Positions 28,110 through 37,694 are shown, counted from the stretch's first letter. The stretch: 64,000 bases of DNA from Hyphomicrobiales bacterium (GCA_043784465.1 JAYVYJ010000002.1:17062-81061); one strand, 5' to 3'. The notes: generated from the sequence alone by a model not told the origin. Numbers and translations: made by a program.

Positions 28110-29051
28110 TCAATCGCCAAGCGTCAGGGCGGCGCGGCGGCGGTGGGCGAGCAGGGCGGCCAGCCGCCGGTCGCGCCACGCCGCGCGCTCGCCCAGGCGC
28201 GCGGCCGGAAGCCGCGCGCGCCGCGCCGCCTCGACGCGGTCGAGCGCCGCGCCCTCCCAATTCGGGCGCGCGCCATAGGCGGCGAACATCCGCGCGTAGG
28301 CGCCGCCGTAGCGCGCCACGTAGTCGCGCACACCCTGCGGCGCGTTGAGATCGATGGTCTCGAACGGCCCCATGAACGACCAGCGCAAGGCCAGCCCGTC
28401 GCGGATGGCGGCGTCGACGTCGTCAGGGCTCGCGAATCCCTGCTCGACCAGCCGGAACGCCTCGTCGAGCAAGGCGCCCTGAAGTCGGTTGACCACGAAC
28501 CCGTCGATTTCGCGGGCCATCACGATAGGCACGTGCCCGGCCTCGCGCATCAACGTCGCCGTGCGCGAAACGACCGCCGCATCGGTCCAAGGCGCGGGCA
28601 CGATTTCGACGGCGGGTATGAGGTAGGGCGGGTTGATGGGATGGGCGACCAAAGCCCGGGCGCGCCCTTTGAGCGCCTCTGTGAAGGCCGAGGGCAGCAG
28701 CGCCGAAGTGGAACTGGCGAGGATGGCGTCCGGCGCCGCAAGGGCGTCGAGCCGGGCGAACAGGGCGCACTTGGCGTCGAGCCGCTCGGGCGCGTTCTCC
28801 TGCACATACCCGGCCCCGTCCAGCACGGCCTCCAGCGTGGGGGCGACGTCGATGCGGGCGAGGACGGCGGCCTCGGGTTCTTCGAGCAGGCCGTGGGCGG
28901 TCAGTTCGGGCAGGCGCTCGGCGATGGCGGCGTGAGCCGTTTCGGACGCGGCCGGGTCAGGGTCCCACAGCGCGACCTCATGGCCGGCGCGGGCGAAGGA
29001 GATCGCCCAGGATCGCCCGATCAAACCTGAGCCGACGACGGCGATTTTCAT
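28110..29051 (-). CDS. 3-hydroxyacyl-CoA dehydrogenase family (lambda-crystallin/L-gulonate dehydrogenase-like)
   Basis: VVGSGLIGRSW, QENAPE, ASSTS, AHPINPPY, GFVVNRLQ and GLALRWSFMGPFE. Confidence 0.88.
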   Translation of the reverse strand: MKIAVVGSGLIGRSWAISFARAGHEVALWDPDPAASETAHAAIAERLPELTAHGLLEEPEAAVLARIDVAPTLEAVLDGAGYVQENAPERLDAKCALFARLDALAAPDAILASSTSALLPSAFTEALKGRARALVAHPINPPYLIPAVEIVPAPWTDAAVVSRTATLMREAGHVPIVMAREIDGFVVNRLQGALLDEAFRLVEQGFASPDDVDAAIRDGLALRWSFMGPFETIDLNAPQGVRDYVARYGGAYARMFAAYGARPNWEGAALDRVEAARRARLPAARLGERAAWRDRRLAALLAHRRRAALTLGD

Positions 29052-29145
29052 GAATCCTCCTCTTTTGACGCTTACATCGGACCACAGACCGGGCTTGTCC
29101 AGCGCATTTGCGTGCGCCTAGAGACGGCGTGGAGGAGGCGTTCGC

Positions 29146-29289
29146 TTGCCTACGCTGATTCGCTTCGTCCTCGTCCTCGCCGCGCTGGCGGGCGCGGTTT
29201 ACGGCGGGCTTTTCCTGCTGGCCACGCAGGTCAGGGTGACGCCGCACGAGATCGTGCAGCGCGTCGATCTGCCCAAGGCTTCCAAATGA
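29146..29289 (+). CDS. 47-aa single-TM small protein coupled to xerD
   Basis: Below the ORF-track cutoff. GGAGGAGG SD, TTG start, MPTLIRFVLVLAALAGAVYGGLFLLATQVRVTPHEIVQRVDLPKASK; its stop overlaps the xerD ATG. It resembles the small ORF recalled upstream of xerD in Hyphomicrobiales. Confidence 0.8.
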   Translation: MPTLIRFVLVLAALAGAVYGGLFLLATQVRVTPHEIVQRVDLPKASK

Positions 29290-30224
29290 GCGCACTGGCG
29301 GAGGGGTTTCTCGACGCGCTCGCCGCCGAGCGCGGAGCGGCGAAGAACACCCTTGAATCCTACCGGCGCGATCTCGCCGTCTATGCCGATTTCCTGAACG
29401 AGCGCGGGCGCACGCCGCTGGAGGCGGGCGACGACGACATTCGCGCCTTGCAGGCCGCCGGGACGCGACAGGGCCTCAGCCCCGCCACCGTGGCGCGACG
29501 ACTTTCGGCGATCCGGCAGTTCCACAAGCATCTGTTCGTCGAGGGGCTGCGGGGCGACGACCCCAGCGTGTCGCTGGAAGGCCCGCGCCGCCGCCGCCCG
29601 CTGCCCAAGACCCTCAGCGTCGCCGAGGTGGACAGACTGATCGCGACGGCGCGCGAGGGGCTCGACGATCCCGAGCGCCCGTTGCGCGCGCGGCTCACGG
29701 CGGCGCGCATGGCGTGTCTGATCGAGTTGCTTTACGCGTCGGGTTTGCGCGTGTCGGAGCTGATCGCGCTGCCGCGTTCCACGGCGCGAACGAAGGCCGC
29801 GCTGATCCCGATACGCGGCAAAGGCGACAAGGATCGGCTCGCGCCGCTCTCCGGCCCGGCGCGGGCGGCGATGACGCGCTATCAGGCTTTGCTCGCCGAG
29901 GTTTCGCCGGCGCTGGCGACGAGCCCGTGGCTGTTTCCCTCGGACGGCGAGAGCGGCCATCTGACGCGGCAGGCTTTCGCGCGCGATCTCAAAGGGGTCG
30001 CGGCGGCGGCGGGGTTGAAGGCCGAGCGAGTGAGCCCGCACGTGCTGCGCCACGCCTTCGCCAGCCATCTGTTGCAGAACGGGGCGGACCTGCGCGTCGT
30101 GCAGGACCTGCTCGGCCACGCCGATATTTCGACGACGCAGATTTACACGCATGTTTTGGACGAACGCGCGAAAGCTATGGTGCGCGACCTGCATCCGCTT
30201 GCCGACCCGGAGGTTTCTTCATGA
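29286..30224 (+). CDS. xerD: Tyrosine recombinase XerD
   Basis: AERGAAKNTLESYRRDL, PLPKTLS, LLYASGLRVSEL, GKGDKDR, PHVLRHAFASH and LLGHADISTTQIYTH (R-K-H-R-H-Y set complete). Confidence 0.9.
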   Translation: MSALAEGFLDALAAERGAAKNTLESYRRDLAVYADFLNERGRTPLEAGDDDIRALQAAGTRQGLSPATVARRLSAIRQFHKHLFVEGLRGDDPSVSLEGPRRRRPLPKTLSVAEVDRLIATAREGLDDPERPLRARLTAARMACLIELLYASGLRVSELIALPRSTARTKAALIPIRGKGDKDRLAPLSGPARAAMTRYQALLAEVSPALATSPWLFPSDGESGHLTRQAFARDLKGVAAAAGLKAERVSPHVLRHAFASHLLQNGADLRVVQDLLGHADISTTQIYTHVLDERAKAMVRDLHPLADPEVSS

Positions 30225-30994
30225 CCAGATATGATTTGCCGTGGGGATATCTGACGGTCGCGTTGGCCGTCGTCGTGTTCCTGATGACGGTGCGGGTGTG
30301 CAATCAATATCAGCGCGCTGTCGTCTTTTTTCTCGGCCGCTACGCGCGCACTTCAGGGCCGGGCGTCTATTTCATGCTGCCGCTGCTGGAATGGCGCACT
30401 CTTGTGGACGTGCGCACGACCACCACCGCCGTCGAGCAGCAGGAGACGATCACCAAGGACAACGTGCCGGTGAAGATCAACGCGGTAATCTGGCGGCGTG
30501 TGGTCAGCCCTGCGGATTCGCTGATCGAAGTCGCCGACGTGGAGGACGCGGTGACGCAGGCCGCCGTGACGGCTTTGCGCTCGACCATCGGGCGCCACAC
30601 GCTCGACGACGTGCTGAAGGATCAGGAGACGGTGTCGGCGCAGTTGAAGGCGGGCCTCGACGCGATCACCCATCCTTGGGGCGTCAAGGTCGAGCAGGTG
30701 CAGATGAAGAACATAGAGATCCCGGCCAGCATGCAGCGCGCGATGGCGCAGGAGGCCGAGGCGCTGCGCGAGAAACGCTCGCGTCAGATCAAGGCGGAAG
30801 CCGAGCGCGAGGCCGCGCAATTGTTGAAGGAGGCCGCCGACATCATCGCCTCCTCGCCCGGGTCGCTGGAACTGCGGCGCATGCAGATGCTGACGGAAGT
30901 GGGCGCCGAGCAGAATACAATGACCATCGTCATGATGCCGAGCGAATTCGTTACGCTCGCGGGCGCATTGGCCAAGAGCGTCGCGGGCAAGTGA
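30221..30994 (+). CDS. SPFH/band-7 (slipin/stomatin-like) membrane protein
   Basis: N-terminal TM, YQRAVVFFLGR, ITKDNVPVKINAV, TALRSTIG, PWGVKVE and MQRAMAQEAEA.REKR. Confidence 0.92.
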   Translation: MTRYDLPWGYLTVALAVVVFLMTVRVCNQYQRAVVFFLGRYARTSGPGVYFMLPLLEWRTLVDVRTTTTAVEQQETITKDNVPVKINAVIWRRVVSPADSLIEVADVEDAVTQAAVTALRSTIGRHTLDDVLKDQETVSAQLKAGLDAITHPWGVKVEQVQMKNIEIPASMQRAMAQEAEALREKRSRQIKAEAEREAAQLLKEAADIIASSPGSLELRRMQMLTEVGAEQNTMTIVMMPSEFVTLAGALAKSVAGK

Positions 30995-31001
30995 GGGAGC
31001 G

Positions 31002-31877
31002 TCAAGTGAAGGACGCCTTGTCGCGCTCCACGCAGGCGACGATATGCGCATGTGCGGCCCGGATACGCCCGAGGCCGCGCGTGTCCTCATGGGTGACGAT
31101 CCAATAGGCGCGGGTCGCTTTACGCTGGGGCATGACTCGCCGCAGATCGGGAAAGCGGCGGGCGATGAAATCGTGGACGACGCCGAGGCCGACGCCGGCG
31201 CGGATCGCCTCCAGTTGCGTGACCGCGCTGGCGCATTCAAACTGCGTCGGGGCGCCGCCGAACAATTCGCGCACGTAGTCGAGCGCGGTCGAGAATGCGT
31301 ATTCCTCGACATAGCCGATCAGCCGATGCCCCGCGAAACCCGCGTCGGGGGCAGGATGGGCGTCGAGATAGGCGGCGCTGGCGTAGAGGCCGAGGCTGTA
31401 GTCGGTGAGTTTTCGCGCGACGAAGCGGCCCGATTCCGGCTTGTCGAGGCCCACGACGATGTCGACCTCGCGCCGCGCCAGCGGCGTGACGCGCGGCAGC
31501 GGCAGAAGCTGGATGCGAAGGCCGGGATTTTTGGCGATGAACGGGCCGAGGGTTTCGGCCAGATAATAGGTCGAGACGCCGTCCGGGGCGCCGATGCGCA
31601 CATCACCCGTCAGCTCGACGTCGAGGCCCGAGACTTCCGATTGCGCGTGCAGAAACGCGCTCTCCATCTGCTCGGCGGCGGCGAGGAAGCGCTCGCCCGC
31701 CAGGGTGAGCTTGGCGCCGGTGGTGCGGCGGTCGAACAGCTTGGTCCCGAGCGCGGCCTCCAGCGCCGCGACGCGGCGGCTGGCGGTCGCGTGGTCGAGA
31801 TGCAGGCGCCGGGCGCCGGCGACGAATTGGCCAGCGCGGGCGATGGCGAGGAAGACGCGGACGTTGTCCCAGTTCAT
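31002..31877 (-). CDS. LysR family transcriptional regulator (probable mmsA regulator)
   Basis: MNWDNVRVF..IARAG...TASRRVAALE..LG..LFDR..G..LT and LARREVDI. Divergent from mmsA. Confidence 0.92.
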   Translation of the reverse strand: MNWDNVRVFLAIARAGQFVAGARRLHLDHATASRRVAALEAALGTKLFDRRTTGAKLTLAGERFLAAAEQMESAFLHAQSEVSGLDVELTGDVRIGAPDGVSTYYLAETLGPFIAKNPGLRIQLLPLPRVTPLARREVDIVVGLDKPESGRFVARKLTDYSLGLYASAAYLDAHPAPDAGFAGHRLIGYVEEYAFSTALDYVRELFGGAPTQFECASAVTQLEAIRAGVGLGVVHDFIARRFPDLRRVMPQRKATRAYWIVTHEDTRGLGRIRAAHAHIVACVERDKASFT

Positions 31878-31925
31878 GTCATCCAATGTAGAACACGGCG
31901 ATGCGTGCGGGAAATTCGGCGGGCG

Positions 31926-31956
31926 CATTTTTGGCTCGCCGGATATTGCAAAAATG
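31926..31956. promoter_or_regulatory. Inverted repeat CATTTTTG-N15-CAAAAATG upstream of lysR and the TA pair
   Basis: Seen directly. It could be a LysR site or a TA autoregulatory operator. Confidence 0.4.
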
Positions 31957-31974
31957 GCCTGTTGAGAAAGGCCG

Positions 31975-32316
31975 TGGACGGTTGAAATTCTGAATGAGGG
32001 GGTGGAACCGGCGCGCAATGCGCTGCCTTCTGGCGTTCGGTCTGCCGTCGAGCGGATCGTGCATCGCAGGGAAGCGCACGGTCTGGAGCGTCTCCGAGAG
32101 CCTTACGTGAAGCATCGGAAGGGCGCGCTCTGGGAAATGCGAATCCGCGGCAGGTACGGCGTCGCACGGGCCTTCTTCCGGGCCTCGCGACGGGCCTTTC
32201 AGGCGACCGCATCCAGGCTGAGGGTCGAGATCGTGCATGTATTCGTCAAGAAGACGCAGCAGGCGCCGCGAAGGGAAATTGAAATGGCCCTGAACCGGGC
32301 GAAGGAGCTTCGATGA
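31975..32316 (+). pseudogene. RelE/ParE-superfamily (Gp49/DUF891-like) toxin, probably degenerate
   Basis: WTVEILNE..., HGLERLREPYVKH, LWEMRIRG and VFVKKTQQAPRREIEMAL.RAKE. The in-frame upstream ATG (31954) is followed by TGA at codon 4, and an extra stretch of about 8 aa is built from repeated CGGGCCT units at 32161-32200. Confidence 0.7.
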
Positions 32317-32638
32317 GCCGGAAATTCATCCCGGTCGAAGAGGTTTTTGCGAGAAGGCGCGAAGATCCCGCCTTTGTTGAAGCCGACGATGCGCTTGAAG
32401 ACGATTTCGCGTTAGCCTCTGCGCTCATCGGGGCGCGAGAACACGCCGACGTGACGCAAGAACAGGTCGCGCGGGCGATGGGTACCGCTCAGGCGGACGT
32501 GGCGCGCCTCGAAGCCGGTCGAACGAAACCCTCCACGCGGACGCGGCTGCGGTTCGCCGCCGCCACGCGCAAAGCTTGCGCAGCAGCTTCGAGCCGGAAA
32601 AGCCGAGGCGCCCGGCGTCGAAAAAGCGTTCGCCTTAG
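32313..32638 (+). pseudogene. XRE/HTH (HigA-like) antitoxin with an apparent 1-nt frameshift
   Basis: IPVEEVF...DPAF...ALEDDFALASALI, TQEQVARAMGT and VARLEAGRTKPS. The expected C-terminal LRxSFEP is present but out of frame from 32576, ending at TAG 32636-32638. Confidence 0.7.
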
Positions 32639-32705
32639 CCAAGTTTCGCACGGACATTGCGCAAAAGCGGTTGTTGCCGTGCGGAAAACCTAAGCGCATA
32701 TATCC

Positions 32706-32780
32706 GCCATCGCGAGCGAAACGAGGCGATGCACGGTCATGCTCATGCGGGCCGCATCGTCTCGCTGCGCTCGCCATGAT
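32706..32780. repeat. Degenerate Hyphomicrobiales palindromic repeat (GTCATTGCGAGCGAAGCGAAGCAATC...GATTGCTTCGCTGCGCTCGCAATGAC type)
   Basis: Arms GCGAGCGAAACGAGGCGATGC (32712-32732) and GCATCGTCTCGCTGCGCTCGC (32754-32774) form an imperfect hairpin upstream of mmsA. Family assignment is from memory. Confidence 0.6.
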
Positions 32781-32799
32781 GGACGACAGGGAGCGAGAC

Positions 32800-34296
32800 A
32801 TGATCCAATACGGGCATTTCATCGGCGGAAAGAACGTCGCTGGCAAGTCGGGCCGTACGGCGGAAGTGTTTCAGCCGATGGACGGGACGGTGCGCGCCCA
32901 TGTCGCGCTCGCCAGCGCCGCCGAGTTGAAAGAAGCCGTCGCCAACGCCAAGTCCGCGCAGATCGCCTGGGGCGCCACCAACCCGCAGCGGCGCGCCCGC
33001 ATCATGATGAAGTTCTATGAACTCATCATGAGCCATATGGACGAGCTTGCCGAAATCCTCTCCCGCGAGCACGGCAAGACGATCTCCGATGCGAAGGGCG
33101 ATATTCAGCGTGGCGTCGAGGTGCTGGAGTTCTCGTTCGGCGTCCCCCATTTGATGAAGGGTGAATATTCGGACGGCGTCGGCCCCGGCATCGACACTTA
33201 TTCCTTGCGCCAGCCGCTCGGAGTCGTGGCGGGCATCACCCCGTTCAACTTCCCCGCCATGATCCCGCTGTGGAAGCTCGCCCCCGCCATCGCCTGCGGC
33301 AACGCGTTCATCTTGAAGCCCTCCGAGCGTGACCCCGGCGTGCCGATGCGTTTGGGCGAATTGTTCATCGAGGCGGGCGGGCCGCCCGGCATCCTCAACG
33401 TCGTCAACGGCGACAAAGAAGCGGTCGACGCCATTCTCGACGATCCCGACATTCAGGCCGTCGGTTTCGTCGGCTCGACCCCCATCGCGCAGTATATTTA
33501 TGCGCGCGGGACGGCGAGCGGCAAGCGCGTGCAGTGCTTTGGCGGCGCCAAGAACCACATGGTCATTCTGCCGGACGCGGACATGGACCAGACGGTGGAT
33601 GCGCTGATCGGCGCGGGCTACGGTTCGGCGGGGGAACGCTGCATGGCGATCTCGGTCGCGGTGCCGGTCGGCGAGGCTACGGCGAACGAACTCATCAAGC
33701 GGCTGATTCCGCGCGTCGAGTCGCTCAAGATCGGCCCCTCGACCGACCCGACCGCCGATTACGGCCCGCTGGTCACGCAGGCCGCGCTGGAGCGCGTCAA
33801 GGGCTACATCGATCTGGGCGTAGAGGAAGGCGCCAAGCTCGTCGTCGACGGGCGCGGCTTCAAGATGCAGGGCTACGAGGGCGGCTATTATCTCGGCGGG
33901 TCGCTGTTCGATAACGTCACCAAGGACATGCGCATCTACAAGGAGGAGATTTTCGGCCCCGTGCTCGGCGTCGTGCGCGCCAAAACCTACGAGGAGGCGC
34001 TGGGCCTCTGCAACGAACATGAATACGGCAATGGGGTCGCGATCTTCACCCGCGACGGCGACGCGGCCCGGGATTTCGCCAGCCGCGTGCAGGTCGGCAT
34101 GATCGGCGTCAACGTGCCGATCCCGGTCCCGGTGGCCTATTACACGTTTGGCGGCTGGAAGCGCTCGGGCTTTGGCGACCTCAACCAGCACGGCCCGGAT
34201 TCGATCCGTTTTTACACCAAGACCAAGACCGTGACCTCGCGTTGGCCCAGCGGCGTCAAGGACGGCGCCGAATTCGTGATCCCCACCATGAAGTGA
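32800..34296 (+). CDS. mmsA: CoA-acylating methylmalonate-semialdehyde dehydrogenase
   Basis: 498 aa; GITPFNFPAMIP, LKPSERDP, FVGSTP, GGAKNH, GSAGERCMA, EEIFGPV and FGGWKRS.FGD. Confidence 0.96.
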   Translation: MIQYGHFIGGKNVAGKSGRTAEVFQPMDGTVRAHVALASAAELKEAVANAKSAQIAWGATNPQRRARIMMKFYELIMSHMDELAEILSREHGKTISDAKGDIQRGVEVLEFSFGVPHLMKGEYSDGVGPGIDTYSLRQPLGVVAGITPFNFPAMIPLWKLAPAIACGNAFILKPSERDPGVPMRLGELFIEAGGPPGILNVVNGDKEAVDAILDDPDIQAVGFVGSTPIAQYIYARGTASGKRVQCFGGAKNHMVILPDADMDQTVDALIGAGYGSAGERCMAISVAVPVGEATANELIKRLIPRVESLKIGPSTDPTADYGPLVTQAALERVKGYIDLGVEEGAKLVVDGRGFKMQGYEGGYYLGGSLFDNVTKDMRIYKEEIFGPVLGVVRAKTYEEALGLCNEHEYGNGVAIFTRDGDAARDFASRVQVGMIGVNVPIPVPVAYYTFGGWKRSGFGDLNQHGPDSIRFYTKTKTVTSRWPSGVKDGAEFVIPTMK

Positions 34297-34314
34297 GAGC
34301 GTAGAAGCTTCGAG

Positions 34315-34346
34315 CGCGAAAGCGGGGCTTTCGCGTCGGAGTTTTT
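34315..34346 (+). terminator. Probable intrinsic terminator after mmsA
   Basis: CGCGAAAGC-GGG-GCTTTCGCG, then TCGGAG and a run of five T. Confidence 0.6.
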
Positions 34347-34367
34347 AGTTTTGCGTGAACGCCGCCC

Positions 34368-35699
34368 ATGACGCAGATCGCCTTTGGCCACGAGGCCCGC
34401 CGTCTGCGCGTCGGCACGCTGGTGCGGCTGCGCTGGTACGCGGCGGCGGGGCAGATCGCCGCCATCGTCGTCTCGCGGCTCTATCTTCACGTCACGTTTC
34501 CGGTAGCCCCCGCGCTGCTGTGCGTGGCCGCGCTGATCGCCTTCAACGGCTATCTGTGGTGGACGCTGCCCCCCGCGACCCGCGCCGACGAACGTCTCAC
34601 AAGCCTTATCCTCGGCTTCGACGTCATTCAACTTTGGTCGGTGCTGTCGTTGACCGGCGGCCTCTCCAACCCCTTCTCGGTGCTGCTGCTCGCCCCCACC
34701 ATGATCTCCGCCGTCTCGCAGACGTGGTGGCAGACGGTGAAGCTGCTCGCGTTGGCGATCCTCTGCGACGGCGCGCTCGCGATGTGGCGCATTCCGCTCA
34801 AATTCGACGACGGCACGCTGTTCAACCCACCGCCCATCGAGACCGCCGGCTTTCTCATCGCGCTGGTGGTGACGGCGGTGTTCGTCGCGCTCTATGGCGG
34901 ACAGGTTTCGCGGGAGGCGCGCCAGCTCGCCGAGGCGCTGGCGGCGACGGAACTGATCCTCACGCGCGCGCAGCACCTCAACCAACTCGACGGCCTCGCC
35001 GCCGCCGCCGCCCATGAACTGGGCACGCCGCTGGCGACGCTGACCGTCATCGTTCATGAACTGTCCGCGTCCCCAGAGGTCGCGGCGCTGTGCGGCGAGG
35101 ACCTGACCCTGGCGCGGCAGGAACTGGCGCGCTGCCGGGTGATCCTGGGCCAATTGTCCATCGCCAATCGCGTCGCCAATTCGCCGCTCGACCGCATGGA
35201 GCTTGAGGCGCTGCTGGAGGAGGTCGCCGGCCCCCACCGGTTGCAGGACATCGACATCGACGTCGGCGCCAGCGGACCCGAACCGCGTCCGACCTGCGCG
35301 CGCAACCCCGCGTTGCTCTACGGCTTGCGAAATCTGGCCGAGAACGCCATCTCCTTTGCGCAAAGTCAGGTGCAGGTGGAGGCGACGTGGACGCGCGACC
35401 GCGTGGAGATCGCCATCGTTGACGACGGCCCCGGCTTTTCCCAAGCCGTGCTCCTGCGTCTGGGTGAGCCTTATATCTCCGACCGCACGACGTCGCGCCG
35501 CGCCAACTCGGAATCCGGTCTCGGACTTGGCCTGTTCATCGCCAAGGCGTTGCTGGAGCGCACAGGCGCGCAATTGTCGATAGGCAATCTTTCGCCGCCC
35601 GAACGGGGCGCGCGGGCGGTTGTCTCCTGGCCGCGCTGGCGGTTCGAAAGCAGGGAGAGCGCGTCGCTCGCCCAGGAAAGACAGACGGTAGCTTCATGA
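34368..35699 (+). CDS. regB: RegB/PrrB/ActS redox sensor histidine kinase
   Basis: LVRLRW, TGGLSNPF (quinone-binding GGxxNPF), AAAAAHELGTPL, LARCRVIL (redox Cys), NLAENA, DDGPGF and GLGLGLFIAK.LLERTGA. Confidence 0.95.
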   Translation: MTQIAFGHEARRLRVGTLVRLRWYAAAGQIAAIVVSRLYLHVTFPVAPALLCVAALIAFNGYLWWTLPPATRADERLTSLILGFDVIQLWSVLSLTGGLSNPFSVLLLAPTMISAVSQTWWQTVKLLALAILCDGALAMWRIPLKFDDGTLFNPPPIETAGFLIALVVTAVFVALYGGQVSREARQLAEALAATELILTRAQHLNQLDGLAAAAAHELGTPLATLTVIVHELSASPEVAALCGEDLTLARQELARCRVILGQLSIANRVANSPLDRMELEALLEEVAGPHRLQDIDIDVGASGPEPRPTCARNPALLYGLRNLAENAISFAQSQVQVEATWTRDRVEIAIVDDGPGFSQAVLLRLGEPYISDRTTSRRANSESGLGLGLFIAKALLERTGAQLSIGNLSPPERGARAVVSWPRWRFESRESASLAQERQTVAS

Positions 35700-36244
35700 C
35701 CCAAGTTCAAATGCACGAAGAAGACCGTTCGCTGCTGATCGTCGACGACGACCAGCCGTTCTGCGAACGCCTGGCCCGCGCGCTGGCCACACGCGGCTAC
35801 TCGCCGCGCACCGCGTTTTCCGTCGCCGCCGGGCGTACGGCGCTGACTGAACGCGCCCCGGCCTTCGCCATATTCGACCTCAAGCTCGCCGACGGCACCG
35901 GACTCGATCTCATGCGCGTCCTCAAGGCCGAGCGGCCCGAAGCGCGCGCGATCATCCTCACCGGCTACGGCGCCATCGCCACCGCCGTCACTGCCGTAAA
36001 GATGGGCGCGTTCGATTATCTGGCCAAGCCGGTCAACGCCGACGAGGTGGCGGCGGCGCTTTCCGCGACGCTGGAGGAGCGGCCCGAGCAGGTCGAACAC
36101 CCGATGTCGGCGGATCGTGCGCGCTGGGAGCATATCCAGCGCGTCTATGAGTCCTGCGACCGCAACGTGTCGGAGACGGCGCGCCAGCTCAGCATGCATC
36201 GCCGGACCTTGCAGCGTATTCTAGCCAAACGCGCGCCTAGGTAG
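35696..36244 (+). CDS. regA: RegA/PrrA/ActR response regulator
   Basis: Receiver plus the invariant RWEHIQRVYE.CDRNVSETAR.L.MHRRTLQRILAKRAPR. Confidence 0.97.
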   Translation: MTQVQMHEEDRSLLIVDDDQPFCERLARALATRGYSPRTAFSVAAGRTALTERAPAFAIFDLKLADGTGLDLMRVLKAERPEARAIILTGYGAIATAVTAVKMGAFDYLAKPVNADEVAAALSATLEERPEQVEHPMSADRARWEHIQRVYESCDRNVSETARQLSMHRRTLQRILAKRAPR

Positions 36245-36317
36245 GCGCCGGCGCCCAAGAATTGATCAGGCGAGCGACGTAATTCACCGCACTTCGCTCG
36301 CGAGAGTTTGGCCCGCG

Positions 36318-36333
36318 TGGCATAAGCTTTGCG
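36318..36333 (+). promoter_or_regulatory. Sigma54 (-24/-12) promoter of urtABCDE
   Basis: TGGCATAAGCTTTGCG has GG-N10-GC and lies about 55 nt before the urtA ATG, consistent with nitrogen control. Confidence 0.8.
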
Positions 36334-36387
36334 ACCCGGCGCGACGGGGCAGGCGCGCGTTCGCTTCTGCCCATCGCGGGGTGGAAA

Positions 36388-37680
36388 ATGACATTCACAA
36401 GGCGTTTTGTGACGAGCGCGCTGGGCGCGGTCGCGCTCGGCGCGGCGACTTTGGCGTCGCTCGCGGCTCGGGCTGAGGACACGATCAAGGTCGGCATACT
36501 TCATTCGCTGTCGGGCACGATGGCGATCAGCGAGACGACGTTGAAGGACGTCATGCTGATGCTGATCGACGAGCAGAACAAGAAGGGCGGCGTACTGGGC
36601 AAGAAGCTGGAGCCGGTCGTCGTCGACCCCGCCTCCAACTGGCCGCTGTTCGCAGAGAAGGCGAAAGAGCTGATCGCCAAGGACAAGGTCTCGGTGGTGT
36701 TCGGTTGCTGGACCTCGGTGTCGCGCAAGTCCGTGCTGCCCGTGTTCAAGGAGCTGAACTCGATTCTGTTCTACCCCGTCCAATACGAGGGCGAGGAGAG
36801 CGAGCGTAACGTATTCTACACCGGCGCCGCGCCCAACCAGCAGGCGATCCCCGCAGTCGATTATCTGATGAGCGCGGACGGGGGCGCGGTCAAGCGCTGG
36901 GTGCTGGAAGGCACCGACTATGTCTATCCGCGCACCACCAACAAAATTCTCGAAGCCTATCTTAAGGCCAAGGGCGTCGCGCCGGAAGACATTATGGTCA
37001 ATTACACGCCGTTCGGCTTTTCCGACTGGCAGACCGAAGTGTCGAAGATCAAGGAATTCGGCTCGGCCGGCAAGAAGACGGCGGTGGTCTCCACCGTCAA
37101 CGGCGACGCCAACGTGCCGTTCTACAAGGAGCTGGGCAACAAGGGCATCAAGGCGACCGACATTCCGGTCGTCGCATTCTCGGTGGGCGAGGAGGAACTG
37201 GCCGGTCTGGACACCAAGCCGCTGCTTGGGCATCTGGCGGCGTGGAACTATTTCGAAAGCATCGACACGCCCGAGAACAAGGCGTTCATCGCCAAGTGGC
37301 ATGAGTTCACCAAGAACCCCAAGCGCACCACCAACGATCCCATGGAAGCCCACTACATCGGCTTCAGCATGTGGGTGAAAGCCGTCGAGAAGGCCGGGAC
37401 TGTCGACCCCGACAAGGTGATCGCGGCGCTGCCGGGCACCGAGCAGAAGAACCTGACCGGCGGAACGGCGGTGATGCTGCCCAACCACCACATCGCCAAG
37501 CCCGTGTTCATCGGCGAAATTCGCGCCGACGGCATGCTGGACGTGGTGTGGCAAACCAAGGGCCTGGTTCCCGGCGCGGCGTGGTCGCCGTATCTGGAAG
37601 GCTCGAAGGACCTGGTCGCCGACTGGGTCGAACTCAAGTGCGGCAATTACAACAAAGTCAGCAAAAAGTGCGGCGGCTGA
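36388..37680 (+). CDS. urtA: Urea ABC transporter substrate-binding protein
   Basis: IKVGILHSLSGTMAISE, DPASNWPLFAEKA, FGCWTSVSRKSVLP, YPVQYEG, PNQQAIPA, GTDYVYPRTTN and NHHIAKPV. Confidence 0.96.
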   Translation: MTFTRRFVTSALGAVALGAATLASLAARAEDTIKVGILHSLSGTMAISETTLKDVMLMLIDEQNKKGGVLGKKLEPVVVDPASNWPLFAEKAKELIAKDKVSVVFGCWTSVSRKSVLPVFKELNSILFYPVQYEGEESERNVFYTGAAPNQQAIPAVDYLMSADGGAVKRWVLEGTDYVYPRTTNKILEAYLKAKGVAPEDIMVNYTPFGFSDWQTEVSKIKEFGSAGKKTAVVSTVNGDANVPFYKELGNKGIKATDIPVVAFSVGEEELAGLDTKPLLGHLAAWNYFESIDTPENKAFIAKWHEFTKNPKRTTNDPMEAHYIGFSMWVKAVEKAGTVDPDKVIAALPGTEQKNLTGGTAVMLPNHHIAKPVFIGEIRADGMLDVVWQTKGLVPGAAWSPYLEGSKDLVADWVELKCGNYNKVSKKCGG

Positions 37681-37694
37681 GGGAGTTGTTTGAG

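Noticed and set aside
29286-30224. Tyrosine recombinase as the integrase of a mobile element
   Set aside because: Its length, motifs and upstream small ORF fit housekeeping XerD. No att repeats, tRNA target or phage or conjugation genes are nearby.
31941-32676. Target-site duplication flanking the TA pair
   Set aside because: The similarity needs gaps and several mismatches, so it is too weak to call a mobile-element boundary. It is kept only as a remark in the TA finding.
32729-32779. His-rich mini-ORF MHGHAHAGRIVSLRSP as a leader peptide of mmsA
   Set aside because: SD spacing is only 2 nt and the ORF lies within the palindromic repeat, which explains the sequence.
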